The translations under genes were made by a program, and so were the position numbers. The notes under the pieces were generated by a model. The model had not been told where the DNA came from. It saw only the letters and a list, made by a program, of their open reading frames with translations, and made no database searches. This document shows, one piece after another, positions 54,151-63,580 of a stretch of DNA of 64,000 nucleotides; position 1 is the first letter of the stretch, and every line of letters starts with the position of its first letter. Origin of the DNA: Candidatus Limnocylindrales bacterium (lineage in GTDB: Bacteria > Patescibacteriota > Microgenomatia > Levybacterales > UBA12049); NCBI GenBank assembly GCA_035526025.1, contig DATLDE010000002.1, positions 2,340 through 66,339 on the forward strand. Direction: 5' to 3'.

Positions 54151-55059
54151 TTAATTATCAAGAACATCAAAGAATAGAAAACTATTTGTTGGAATATCAC
54201 CTGTTATCTTATCAGCGTTTGCAGTATCTGCCTGCAATGCTCGAACAGTGTCTAGGCTCTTTCCGGCAACAACTTTATCCCATGTTGCTTGATCTTTAAC
54301 ACCTACAACTTCAAGTTCCCACCAGCCATTAGTATCTTCATCAACTATATGACTATGTGCTGGGAGAGGTAGATTTTCTGTACCAGCACCCAATACGCGC
54401 GAGACATCAATTGTCATAGGATGGTTGATACAATTTCCAACGGTTGGACACTGCAATGTATTTTCAGCAGGTCTAAATCCGAGCGGAGTCATCACATACA
54501 ACTTCGGAATATCTCCCCCTCTTGGTTTGCTTTGTGGTTCTGCTCCTGCTTCACAATTAGAATCTGCACCACTTGTTGGTGGTTCTTTACAGAAGAATTT
54601 GAACTTACTATAGAAAAACTTAACTGTTTTCCCATCAAACCAACCATCGGTAAATCCTGTTGTTGTAGTGCGAGTTCTTCCACGACCATCAACCATATCC
54701 GCATTTCCATTTCCATGGTTCATGCCACCATGATTAACAACATTTTTATTGGCTTTATTTTTGATATCAACTGAAGTATTCGCATCCCCTGTTACAACTA
54801 CAGTACTTCCTCCGGTGTTTTTATTTGCTTTATTACCACCAGTGTTTGTATTCGCATTTACAGAATTACTAAAGAATGCATTATTGCTTTGTTGCAACGA
54901 AGTATTCTTATTATTTCTTACAGACACATCACTATTTGAGAACGCACCATTACCAACAACGCTTACGCTTGTCGTAGCAAATGCAGCAGTAACAAAAGTA
55001 CTTAAAATTATCACACTTCCTATGGCAGCCTTTACAAATTTATTTTTATTATTTATCAT
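54151..55059 (-). CDS. secreted protein: paralogous Asn/Ser/Gly-rich N-terminal module + unknown C-terminal domain
   Basis: Signal peptide ...TAAFATTS. The N-terminal ~75 aa align with those of the 52869 protein (VGNGAFSNS...NSVNANTNTGGNKA). The C-terminal 180 aa have conserved Cys and Trp with no match recognised. Confidence 0.55.
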   Translation of the reverse strand: MINNKNKFVKAAIGSVIILSTFVTAAFATTSVSVVGNGAFSNSDVSVRNNKNTSLQQSNNAFFSNSVNANTNTGGNKANKNTGGSTVVVTGDANTSVDIKNKANKNVVNHGGMNHGNGNADMVDGRGRTRTTTTGFTDGWFDGKTVKFFYSKFKFFCKEPPTSGADSNCEAGAEPQSKPRGGDIPKLYVMTPLGFRPAENTLQCPTVGNCINHPMTIDVSRVLGAGTENLPLPAHSHIVDEDTNGWWELEVVGVKDQATWDKVVAGKSLDTVRALQADTANADKITGDIPTNSFLFFDVLDN

Positions 55060-55198
55060 TTTCTCACCTCCTTTCTAAAATAGATTATCAAAATATATTG
55101 TATATTAATTAACTTAGTTAAGTAAACAGTTTTGGTGTATGTAGCGGGTTAGACGGATGTAAGAAACACGTGAGAAGAACTTTTGTTATACTATTTAT

Positions 55199-55981
55199 AT
55201 GCAGAAGACAGTACTTATAACAGGAGGATCCAGTGGCATCGGATTTGAACTAGCCAAAATATTTGGACAAAATAATTATCAGCTTATACTAGTTGCCAAT
55301 GATAAAGAAAAATTGGAAAATGCAGGAGATGAATTAAAAAATAGTGGGTTTTCTGTAAAAACTATTGCCAAGGATTTATCAAACCCTGACTCCCCTTCTC
55401 AAATTTATGAACAATTAAAGCAAGAGGAAATAACAATTGATATACTTGTAAATAATGCAGGGTTTGCGACATATGGACCTTTTTCCGAAAACGATCTAGA
55501 TAAAGAACTCTCAGAACTTCAGGTAAATATAGTTACCCTTACTCACCTGGCCAAACTTTTCGTAAGAGATATGCTGAAAAAAGGAGAAGGAAAAATATTA
55601 AACGTCGCATCAACTGCAGCATTTGCACCTGGTCCCTTAATGGCTGTGTATTATGCAAGTAAAGCGTACGTGCTTTCTTTTTCTGAAGCACTCAATAACG
55701 AACTCGAAAATACAGGAGTAAGTGTCACGACTCTTTGTCCTGGACCAACTAATACAGGATTTGCAGCATCAGCAAATTTGGGATCTTCCAAATTATTTCA
55801 GGGAAAAAATATGGATGCCTCATTCGTAGCACAAGCAGCGTTCGATGGACTTATGGGTAATCGTGCAGTTGTGATTCCGGGACTTAAAAATAAATTTATG
55901 GTAAACGCATTACGTTTTGTACCTAGAAGCGTTGTCCCAAAAATTGTAAAAGGCGTTCAGGATAAGAAAATTAATTCTTAA
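55199..55981 (+). CDS. SDR family NAD(P)-dependent oxidoreductase
   Basis: TGGSSGIG cofactor motif and YYASKAYV (YxxxK catalytic). Confidence 0.85.
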   Translation: MQKTVLITGGSSGIGFELAKIFGQNNYQLILVANDKEKLENAGDELKNSGFSVKTIAKDLSNPDSPSQIYEQLKQEEITIDILVNNAGFATYGPFSENDLDKELSELQVNIVTLTHLAKLFVRDMLKKGEGKILNVASTAAFAPGPLMAVYYASKAYVLSFSEALNNELENTGVSVTTLCPGPTNTGFAASANLGSSKLFQGKNMDASFVAQAAFDGLMGNRAVVIPGLKNKFMVNALRFVPRSVVPKIVKGVQDKKINS

Positions 55982-56173
55982 TTGGATATCCTTTCAATGA
56001 ACGGAGAAAAAGCTTTATTATTTCCCAATTTTTACATCTTCAGCTTTTCTTATTTTTAATTATTTATCCATAGCTGTATAATTATTTCTGCAATTTTTGA
56101 TGTAGACAATAATCTAGTGATTGCAAACTGTGCAAATGAGTAACCTTATACTTAATTAGTTTTAAACTATTAA

Positions 56174-57613
56174 CTAGATACGTTTATAAATGTACTGATC
56201 GCCATTGCTGTAATACTGTTTATAATCTTTGTCTTTCTGAAGATTCTTCAAAATTACTTCAAGATTGCTTACTCCATAAAAGTTATTTGGATTTTGACCA
56301 TCTCTATTATCAATCACAATATAATCCGGCATAACAGAGCGGTAATGTTCTTCCCTACAAGGTTTGCACTTATCTCTAAGTAGCCGTACGTTTTGATGAG
56401 TCAAATGAGATGCTAAATTATTTTGTGTCATTACAGTTTTATCCGGAGGAATTTTATCCAATAAGTTATCAAGAAATTTAAAATTTTTTGTATGTTCATA
56501 AAAAGCCTTATTTGTTGCAAGACCTAAGGGTCCATGTAGCATAAACCGATGAAGAAATAGACTACTAAATATAAGAAGGATACCATAAGCTGAAAATACT
56601 TTTTCAGGGATATATTTTTTTAAATATCTATGAGAAAAAATAGAAGATACTGCAAGAATTATTCCTGTCATAGCACTATAGTGAAGCCCGAGTCCCCAAC
56701 TCAATGTTAAAAACGGTGGATAAAAACGAGTGGCAAAATCCGCAATTATTACAAGATAAAAAGAGGGGGAGAATATGGGCAAGAATCCAAAACTAAGAAA
56801 GCTAATAAGAATAGTTTTAATTTTTATCGGGTTATTAATAAATGATCCAACAAACGAAATAAGATTTGTAGGAAGTGGTGTATCATAGATATATACTCCC
56901 TGGGAAAATGCCGGGATTATAAATTTTATTGCCAAAACCCCCCATAACAAAGAAATAACACTTGATATAAATCCAATTTTTCTATAATTTTTATCTAGCA
57001 ACATCAATGCCATGCCAAGTGCCCCACATGCTAAAAAATTACTCTCTTTAAATCCTAATGTAATAGAAAGTAATAAAAAATATAGATAGCGTTTATTAAG
57101 TAATATCGCTAGGATACATGCTGCAAAAGCCGCTGTAGATACAGTCACTTCATGAAAATCAGAAATTAGAGCGTTCTGAATCCCAATAAAAAGAAGGTAT
57201 GATAAAGTCACACCAAGAGAAAAAATATTGTTTTTGGTAGTTATTACGCCTATTTTAAAAAGTAGCAATCCGCTAATCCCTACTGCCACAACTTGAGCTA
57301 CCAATATTATCTCACTGCTTTTAGTTAACCAATATAATGGGGAGAGAAGAAAAATACTTGGATTAAAATGATCTGCAAAAATCCACTTTCCTCCCAAAAT
57401 AAAATGTTCAATAATGGGAGGTTTAAAACGAGAAACGCTCCAAATTGCCTTGTCAAAGATACCAAAATCGTAATAAAAAACCTCATATTGCCAGTACCTA
57501 TTTAAAGCAACTAATGAGAAGGCAAAAATGTAAAGGAGGCAAAAGAAAATAACAAACGAATAAGTTTTATTATTTTTAATAAATACCCTTACATCCTCAA
57601 TTCTTTTCAACAT
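56174..57613 (-). CDS. GT-C-like polytopic membrane protein (DUF2079 family, putative glycosyl/arabinosyl transferase)
   Basis: 479 aa, 10+ TM helices. N-terminal region YYDFGIFDKAIWS...EHFILGG...ADHFNPS resembles the DUF2079 signature. Confidence 0.45.
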   Translation of the reverse strand: MLKRIEDVRVFIKNNKTYSFVIFFCLLYIFAFSLVALNRYWQYEVFYYDFGIFDKAIWSVSRFKPPIIEHFILGGKWIFADHFNPSIFLLSPLYWLTKSSEIILVAQVVAVGISGLLLFKIGVITTKNNIFSLGVTLSYLLFIGIQNALISDFHEVTVSTAAFAACILAILLNKRYLYFLLLSITLGFKESNFLACGALGMALMLLDKNYRKIGFISSVISLLWGVLAIKFIIPAFSQGVYIYDTPLPTNLISFVGSFINNPIKIKTILISFLSFGFLPIFSPSFYLVIIADFATRFYPPFLTLSWGLGLHYSAMTGIILAVSSIFSHRYLKKYIPEKVFSAYGILLIFSSLFLHRFMLHGPLGLATNKAFYEHTKNFKFLDNLLDKIPPDKTVMTQNNLASHLTHQNVRLLRDKCKPCREEHYRSVMPDYIVIDNRDGQNPNNFYGVSNLEVILKNLQKDKDYKQYYSNGDQYIYKRI

Positions 57614-57659
57614 CTATTATAATATACACGAAGTTTTTACATGATGCTATAATATATTT

Positions 57660-58199
57660 ATGGAAACAGCAACTCTTGCCAACGGGTGCTTCTGGTGTAC
57701 AGAAGCAATTTTTAAAAGACTAAAAGGCGTTGAATCAGTTACTTCAGGATACGCTAATAGCAACATTCCAAATCCCACCTATGAACAAGTTTGCTCCAAA
57801 ACAACTGGTGCCGCAGAAGCTCTGCAAATAGAATATGACAAAACCCTTGTTGATTTTGAAACACTTCTTGATGTCTTTTTTGCAACACATGATCCAACAA
57901 CTTTGAATCAAGACGGTGCAAATTTCGGGACAGATTATCGCTCAGCCATTTTTTACAAAAATGATGAAGAAAAAAAAGTTGCAGAGGAAAAGATAAAGCA
58001 GTTAAAACAGGAAAAAAAATATGATGATCCGATTGTCACTGCAATAACACCGTTCACAAATTTTTATAAAGCTGAGGACTACCACCAGGACTTTTATGAA
58101 AGCGGCAATCGCCCTGATTATTGTAGATATATTATCGATCCCAAAATTCAAAAACTCCTGACCGGATTTAATGATAAGGTAAAAGAAGAATATAAATGA
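57660..58199 (+). CDS. msrA: peptide-methionine (S)-S-oxide reductase
   Basis: GCFWCTEA active-site motif. 179 aa. Confidence 0.9.
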   Translation: METATLANGCFWCTEAIFKRLKGVESVTSGYANSNIPNPTYEQVCSKTTGAAEALQIEYDKTLVDFETLLDVFFATHDPTTLNQDGANFGTDYRSAIFYKNDEEKKVAEEKIKQLKQEKKYDDPIVTAITPFTNFYKAEDYHQDFYESGNRPDYCRYIIDPKIQKLLTGFNDKVKEEYK

Positions 58200-58423
58200 A
58201 AAAATTTCCTAAAAAATATTCAGGACTTCTAATAGGTATTATTATGCCCTTTATTATGATCCCCATCGTGTCCTTTGTCATAACATATTTAAACGTTGGA
58301 TTTACTTCGGATTTTTTTCAAAAGTGGATGGTTGCACTAGGAGGTGGTCTGCCTGTTGCAGTCCCTGTTGCAATCTTCGTTGCGCCTTTTGTCAAGGGAA
58401 TTGTTGACAAAATTACTGAATAA
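58196..58423 (+). CDS. small membrane protein (DUF2798-like)
   Basis: 75 aa with two TM helices (MPFIMIPIVSF... and LPVAVPVAIFVAPFV). Confidence 0.45.
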   Translation: MKKFPKKYSGLLIGIIMPFIMIPIVSFVITYLNVGFTSDFFQKWMVALGGGLPVAVPVAIFVAPFVKGIVDKITE

Positions 58424-58526
58424 TAGCATCAATAAACCCGAATACATTACAGTATCCTTCGACGAGTTTACTAGATAGGTTTTCCAATCCATTCACAATT
58501 AGCATAATCAAAAAATAAGTGGCTCT

Positions 58527-58555
58527 TGACAATAATATTGTAAATGTATATACTA
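58527..58555 (+). promoter_or_regulatory. consensus-like promoter TTGACA-N17-TACTAT upstream of SRPBCC-MarR-EVE genes
   Basis: TTGACA at 58527-58532. TATACT/TACTAT is 15-17 nt downstream. The ATG at 58570 follows. Confidence 0.5.
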
Positions 58556-58569
58556 TAAATATATTTACT

Positions 58570-58989
58570 ATGTGGAAGAGAACTTACACAACTATCACCA
58601 AGAAAGTAACTAAGGAGCAAATGTGGAAGCTGTTTGCTGATGTAAATAATTGGCACACATGGGACAAAGGAACTGAATATGCTCATTTGGAAGGTAAATT
58701 TGAGGCAGGTAATTTCTTTTTCCTCAAATCCCAAGGCGGACCAAAAGTAAAAATAGAACTTCTCGAAACAATAAAAAATAAGAGGTTCGTGGATGTTACC
58801 CGCTTCCCTCTCGCCCTGATGTATGACGAGCATCTCTTTGAAGAAACTCCTCAGGGCCTGAAAATTATATACACAATTTCCGTTAAAGGACTACTAGCAT
58901 TTCTATGGGTAAAAATAGTCGCGCAAAATATTGTGAATAATTTGCCTGAAGATACAAAGAATCAAATAAAAACAGCAAATAAGCTCTAG
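58570..58989 (+). CDS. SRPBCC (START/Bet v1-like, polyketide-cyclase family) protein
   Basis: Start at ATG 58570 (MWKRTYTT...). KEQMWKLFADVNNWHTWD and the overall 140-aa fold pattern are typical of SRPBCC ligand-binding proteins. Confidence 0.55.
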   Translation: MWKRTYTTITKKVTKEQMWKLFADVNNWHTWDKGTEYAHLEGKFEAGNFFFLKSQGGPKVKIELLETIKNKRFVDVTRFPLALMYDEHLFEETPQGLKIIYTISVKGLLAFLWVKIVAQNIVNNLPEDTKNQIKTANKL

Positions 58990-58991
58990 TT

Positions 58992-59453
58992 ATGGTAAAG
59001 AAAAGCAAAATATTTTCAGTAAAAAAAGCTGAAGACAGTTCTGGCTTTCTTCTTTGGCAGGTAACTAGCCTCTGGCAAAGAAGTCTCAATAGGATCCTGA
59101 AAAAGCACCGCTTAACCCAGCCACAATTTGTTGTTCTTGCATCAACACAATGGCTCAATATCTCTGACCCTCATGTAACCCAATCTGACATTTCAAAGCA
59201 TGCAATGATGGATAAGATGCTTGTTTCCAATCTGGTCAGAACACTTGAGCGCAAAAAATTACTAAACCGATTCCGAAGTAAACAAGATACAAGGGCAAAT
59301 ATCATTGTCCCCACGCAAGAGGGAGTTAAACTGCTTTCAGTGGCAGTAAAAGAAGTTGAAAAGTTTGACAGCTCATTTGTCTCACCCCTAGGTAAAAAAG
59401 TGAAAAACTTCAATGATCATTTACTTGAACTAATTAAGGCAAATAAAGAATGA
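58992..59453 (+). CDS. MarR family transcriptional regulator
   Basis: Winged-helix region LTQPQFVVLAST...ISKHAMMDKMLVSNLVRTLERKKLLNR. 153 aa. Confidence 0.7.
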   Translation: MVKKSKIFSVKKAEDSSGFLLWQVTSLWQRSLNRILKKHRLTQPQFVVLASTQWLNISDPHVTQSDISKHAMMDKMLVSNLVRTLERKKLLNRFRSKQDTRANIIVPTQEGVKLLSVAVKEVEKFDSSFVSPLGKKVKNFNDHLLELIKANKE

Positions 59454-59869
59454 GATATTTTATCGGTATTGTTTCAAAAGAACATGTCATGCTTGGCGTA
59501 AAGATGGGAATCGCACAAATTGGGCACGGAAAAAGATCAGGTCTTGCCAGAATGCAAAAAGGAGACTGGATAATATATTACTCACCAAAGATTGCTCTTG
59601 ATTCCAAAATTCCGCTTAAGGCATTTACGGCGCTCGGGCAAATGAGGGATGACGATATTTATCAAGTAGAAGAGTCTCCGACTTTCAAGCCTTTCAGAAG
59701 AAAAGTAAAATATGAAAAAGTAAAAGATGCACCAATTACTCCACTGATTGAGAAGCTCATTTTTATCAAAAACAAAAAATCCTGGGACTACGTCTTTCGC
59801 TTCGGCCTGGTCGAGATACCAAAAGAGGATTTTGATCTAATTTCAAACACAATGCTGGGAAAGATTTAA
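59450..59869 (+). CDS. EVE (PUA-like) domain protein
   Basis: MRYFIGIVSKEHV...GKRSGLARMQKGDWIIYYSPK follows the EVE-domain pattern (YWlgvvs...GD.vvyY). 139 aa. Confidence 0.5.
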   Translation: MRYFIGIVSKEHVMLGVKMGIAQIGHGKRSGLARMQKGDWIIYYSPKIALDSKIPLKAFTALGQMRDDDIYQVEESPTFKPFRRKVKYEKVKDAPITPLIEKLIFIKNKKSWDYVFRFGLVEIPKEDFDLISNTMLGKI

Positions 59870-59907
59870 AATCTCCAAATTACAAACTTGAGTGCTATAA
59901 TTATGAT

Positions 59908-60447
59908 ATGGAGAAAGCAACACTGGCCAACGGATGCTTTTGGTGCACAGAAGCAGTATTTAAAAGAGTTAAAGGTGTTCAGTCTGTAATTTCCGGTTAC
60001 GCCGGAGGAGAAGCAGAAAACCCAAATTATTATCAGCTCCATTCCGGAGAAACAGGACATGCTGAAGCACTCCAGATTGAATTTAATCCCAAAGTGGTAA
60101 GCTTTGACCAATTGCTTGATGTGTTTTTTGCAACACATGACCCAACCACTCTTAATAGACAAGGAAATGACATAGGACCACAATACAGATCAGCTATTTT
60201 CTACCACTCGCCGGAGCAGAAAAATATTGCTGAAAATAAAATAAAACAAATAACTGATGAGGAAAAATATGACGATCCAATTGTTACTGCTATAGAACCA
60301 TTTACAAAATTTTACCCCGCAGAAGAATATCATCAGAACTTCTATGAATCCGGCAACCGCCCTGATTATTGCAGATATATAATAGACCCAAAAATCCAAA
60401 AACTCCTGACACAATTCAATGATAAAGTAAAAGAGGAATACAAATAA
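59908..60447 (+). CDS. msrA: peptide-methionine (S)-S-oxide reductase, second paralog
   Basis: GCFWCTEAVF motif. About 75% identical to the 57660 copy, with near-identical 3' ends at the DNA level. Confidence 0.9.
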   Translation: MEKATLANGCFWCTEAVFKRVKGVQSVISGYAGGEAENPNYYQLHSGETGHAEALQIEFNPKVVSFDQLLDVFFATHDPTTLNRQGNDIGPQYRSAIFYHSPEQKNIAENKIKQITDEEKYDDPIVTAIEPFTKFYPAEEYHQNFYESGNRPDYCRYIIDPKIQKLLTQFNDKVKEEYK

Positions 60448-60486
60448 CAATTTATCTTTGTTAAGAATTTTAGCTACAATATAAAT

Positions 60487-62013
60487 ATGGCAAATGAAGG
60501 TGGAGAATACACTCCTCAAGGTATAGAACTTCCAAATGGCGTTGTTGTAGGTGCAAAAAACGAGAACCGTTTACTTGGAATTCCGTTTATTGAAGCCCAT
60601 ATGGGCCCAATTTCCTTCAGTGAGCTGCAAAGACGGACTGATGCTGCTCTTCCTTTTGCAGAAAAATCAGTAAGAGGAGTCTTGGCAGAGTTGATGTATG
60701 AAGGAAGAGGTTTGGGAAATGTATTAAAATTTAGCAATGAAGAAAAAAAAGCCGAGGCTTCGGCCTTTGCTTTGATTTCAGCCTATTACGGAGTATCATC
60801 ATCTGTTCCCGAGGAATTGACTGATGCATTTGATCAGTTTATACCAAATAATGAAACAACAATTGCAGGAAGAATCGATTATTTCCTGAGAGAAAATCTT
60901 AATGCTTCATCAAAATTATTACAAAACAGATTTACACCCGAAACCAAATTCCCAACTGCCCGTTTAAAAAGAAAAGATTTATCTCCGCGTGAAATGGAAG
61001 CTGAACCTCCCAACCGCTACCGCAGTCCGCAAGTTGATCAATTGGTCTATAAAGGTGAACAACTTACTGAGCAATCAGGTTTTTGGAGCCGGTATGAAAA
61101 TAATTTATATGATGACCAAGCACGAAGATTGGTAGAGGATGGAAAAGATATGGTATTAACAGGCGATCATGGAATAGGTAAAACCCAAATACTTACTCCA
61201 GCAATTTATAAAGAAGCACAACGCCGGGAAATACTAACTCCCAAAAATCAGACTGTCGGAGAGAATAGTCCAAATACTCTTTCATCTATGCTGGCCAGAT
61301 TTAAAAATGATTTCAATGGCAGCATGGAAGATTTTTGTAGAGATATTTTTGGGACAACGGATACTGAAAAGCAAAAATTGGTTGTTATTGATGAATCTAC
61401 TATTTTACTTGATCCACTATTTGTAGAAACGCATGGCACGACTAAAAGCGAGGTGGCAGATTTTTTAAATGCACTTAAATCACAAAACACGCAAATAATT
61501 ATGATCCAGCCAATGCAGCCACGATATGATGAATCTATGCGAAAACAAGCTGCCGAGGAAGTAATAGCATTGGGAAAACAATTTGGTATTGAATTTAATC
61601 ATAAAGAAATTACTGCTCAACCCTTACCAGTTAATGAAGTTAGAGATCTGTTAATTGCGCTAAAAGCTGACAGAAGCTTAATTGATTATTTTACAGATCC
61701 TGAAAATGACGTGTTAAGACATCCCCGCGTTTTTGATGCTCTTCTTGATGCTAGTTTTCCTGATCATTCAAGAAAACATGCGATAAAATCCACTGAGGAC
61801 CTAAAAAACATGCTGACAGATGTATACGATCTTGGAATTGGAGGATTTAAGAAGCCTGGCTATGAATTCCTTTTTGCTCAAAAGCTCGGAGTTCCATCCG
61901 AAGATCTTGCAAATTCATTGAGAAAAATTGGTATTAAAATATCAGATGCTGAACTTGATAAACTTAAAAAAATTGAAAAAGCAAAATCTAGTATAGAGTA
62001 TCTAAATAAATAA
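60487..62013 (+). CDS. uncharacterised P-loop NTPase with ~220-aa N-terminal domain of unknown function
   Basis: 508 aa. Walker A MVLTGDHGIGKTQIL and Walker B KLVVIDESTILLD are present. No other family signature recognised. Confidence 0.55.
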   Translation: MANEGGEYTPQGIELPNGVVVGAKNENRLLGIPFIEAHMGPISFSELQRRTDAALPFAEKSVRGVLAELMYEGRGLGNVLKFSNEEKKAEASAFALISAYYGVSSSVPEELTDAFDQFIPNNETTIAGRIDYFLRENLNASSKLLQNRFTPETKFPTARLKRKDLSPREMEAEPPNRYRSPQVDQLVYKGEQLTEQSGFWSRYENNLYDDQARRLVEDGKDMVLTGDHGIGKTQILTPAIYKEAQRREILTPKNQTVGENSPNTLSSMLARFKNDFNGSMEDFCRDIFGTTDTEKQKLVVIDESTILLDPLFVETHGTTKSEVADFLNALKSQNTQIIMIQPMQPRYDESMRKQAAEEVIALGKQFGIEFNHKEITAQPLPVNEVRDLLIALKADRSLIDYFTDPENDVLRHPRVFDALLDASFPDHSRKHAIKSTEDLKNMLTDVYDLGIGGFKKPGYEFLFAQKLGVPSEDLANSLRKIGIKISDAELDKLKKIEKAKSSIEYLNK

Positions 62014-62086
62014 AAACAATGACTAGCTTGCATGACTTTACTGTTATAATTCTTATGGTATTCTATTTTCAGGCTATATTTGAACT

Positions 62087-62554
62087 ATGACCCAGGAATT
62101 AAAAATTCGTATCAATAATTTGGCGACAATTGAAAATAAGTTAAAAGAACTGGGTGCATTATTTGTTAAGGAAGAACCTTTTATAGACACTTATTTTAAC
62201 CAACCCGCTGGCAGTGTTCTAAAAATAGTAACTGTTGAGCATTTCTCCAATCTGATAAAACTCGAATCCCAGGACGGTAGATTTAGAGTAATTAGTAAAA
62301 CATTCATTGAAAATGTTGAGAATGAGAAAAGAGAACTTACAGCTGAACTTGGAATCAAATCCGTATTACAAGGAAAACGTATATATTTTGAACTGGAAGA
62401 TTTAAAAATTACAATAGGTCTAATTAATGAACTCGGACAATTTCTCATCCTGACCGGGACAAATCCATCAGAAAATTTTATCACCGAAAAGCTCGGAATA
62501 AAAAATCCTGAATATATCAGAGTTTCATTCGATGAGCTAAGGACTGTTGACTAA
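62087..62554 (+). CDS. CYTH-domain protein (class IV adenylate cyclase / triphosphate tunnel metalloenzyme family)
   Basis: N-terminal ELKIRINNL (the ExExK-type start), with beta-strand periodicity and acidic residues across 155 aa matching the CYTH fold. Motif-level call. Confidence 0.55.
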   Translation: MTQELKIRINNLATIENKLKELGALFVKEEPFIDTYFNQPAGSVLKIVTVEHFSNLIKLESQDGRFRVISKTFIENVENEKRELTAELGIKSVLQGKRIYFELEDLKITIGLINELGQFLILTGTNPSENFITEKLGIKNPEYIRVSFDELRTVD

Positions 62555-62569
62555 TGTTATAATCTCAGT

Positions 62570-62881
62570 ATGAATAAATACGGACTTCATGGAAAATTGA
62601 GAGCAAAAAGCGGACAGGGTGACGCACTCGCCTCCATACTTCTCGAAGCATCCAAACTGGTCTCAACTGCTCATGGTTGCCAACTCTATATAGTCAGCAA
62701 AGACACTCAAGATAAAGATCTGATTTGGATAACTGAAGTTTGGGACAGCAAAGAAGACCACGATAACTCGCTAAATGTAGAGGGAGTAAGGGAGTTAATC
62801 TCCAGAGCAATGCCTATCCTTGATGAACCACCGGAAAAAGGACAGGAATTGGAAGTACTAGGCGGAAAAGGATTGGATTAG
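62570..62881 (+). CDS. ABM-domain (antibiotic biosynthesis monooxygenase-like) protein
   Basis: About 100 aa. The pattern HGCQLYIVSKDTQDKDLIWITEVWDSKEDHD is typical of the YgiN/ActVA-Orf6 ferredoxin-like fold. Confidence 0.5.
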   Translation: MNKYGLHGKLRAKSGQGDALASILLEASKLVSTAHGCQLYIVSKDTQDKDLIWITEVWDSKEDHDNSLNVEGVRELISRAMPILDEPPEKGQELEVLGGKGLD

Positions 62882-62893
62882 TAAAAACACCTC

Positions 62894-63580
62894 ATGCAAA
62901 ATAAAAGACAGATTGGAATTGTATTTATCCATGGAGCGGGTCTCGGAAGATGGATATGGAAAGACATTAAAAATTTGATAAAATTACCGGCACTCTACAT
63001 TGATTTGCCAAAAAAAGGAACGCTTGAAGACTCATCAAATTATGCATCAGACAAAATCAAGACTTTTGGAAAAGAAAAAATAATTCTTGTTTGTCACTCA
63101 GCAGGTGGTGTCGTGGGAATTAAAATTGCTGATAAAATTAAAGGAAAACTCATAGGGTTTATCGCGGTAAGCGCTGCGATACCTAGAAACAAGGGTTCGT
63201 TTCTTTCTTGCCTGCCATTTCCAAAAAACCTGATTATGTCTTTAGCGATACGTTTTGCGGGTACAAAGCCGCCTAACTCGGCAATAGTTCAAGGACTATG
63301 CAGTGATCTTACTTCAGAACAAGCAGAAAATGTTGTAAAACAATTTAAGTTAGAATCCAAAGATTACTATTCGGATAAGAGTGATGCTCCAGCTCCAGAT
63401 ACAAAAAAACTTTTTATTATAACCCTCAAGGATAAAGAGCTCCCTGAGGAACTTCAGCGAAAAATGGCGTCCAATTTACGTACTGATGATGTTGTGTCAA
63501 TCGACTCCGGACATATGCCTATGCTCAGTAAGCCCAAACAATTAGCTGAGATAATAAATAATTTTGCTAATAAAATTTAA
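62894..63580 (+). CDS. alpha/beta hydrolase fold protein
   Basis: Nucleophile elbow VCHSAGGVVG (GxSxG), and IGIVFIHGAGLG near the N-terminus. Confidence 0.65.
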   Translation: MQNKRQIGIVFIHGAGLGRWIWKDIKNLIKLPALYIDLPKKGTLEDSSNYASDKIKTFGKEKIILVCHSAGGVVGIKIADKIKGKLIGFIAVSAAIPRNKGSFLSCLPFPKNLIMSLAIRFAGTKPPNSAIVQGLCSDLTSEQAENVVKQFKLESKDYYSDKSDAPAPDTKKLFIITLKDKELPEELQRKMASNLRTDDVVSIDSGHMPMLSKPKQLAEIINNFANKI

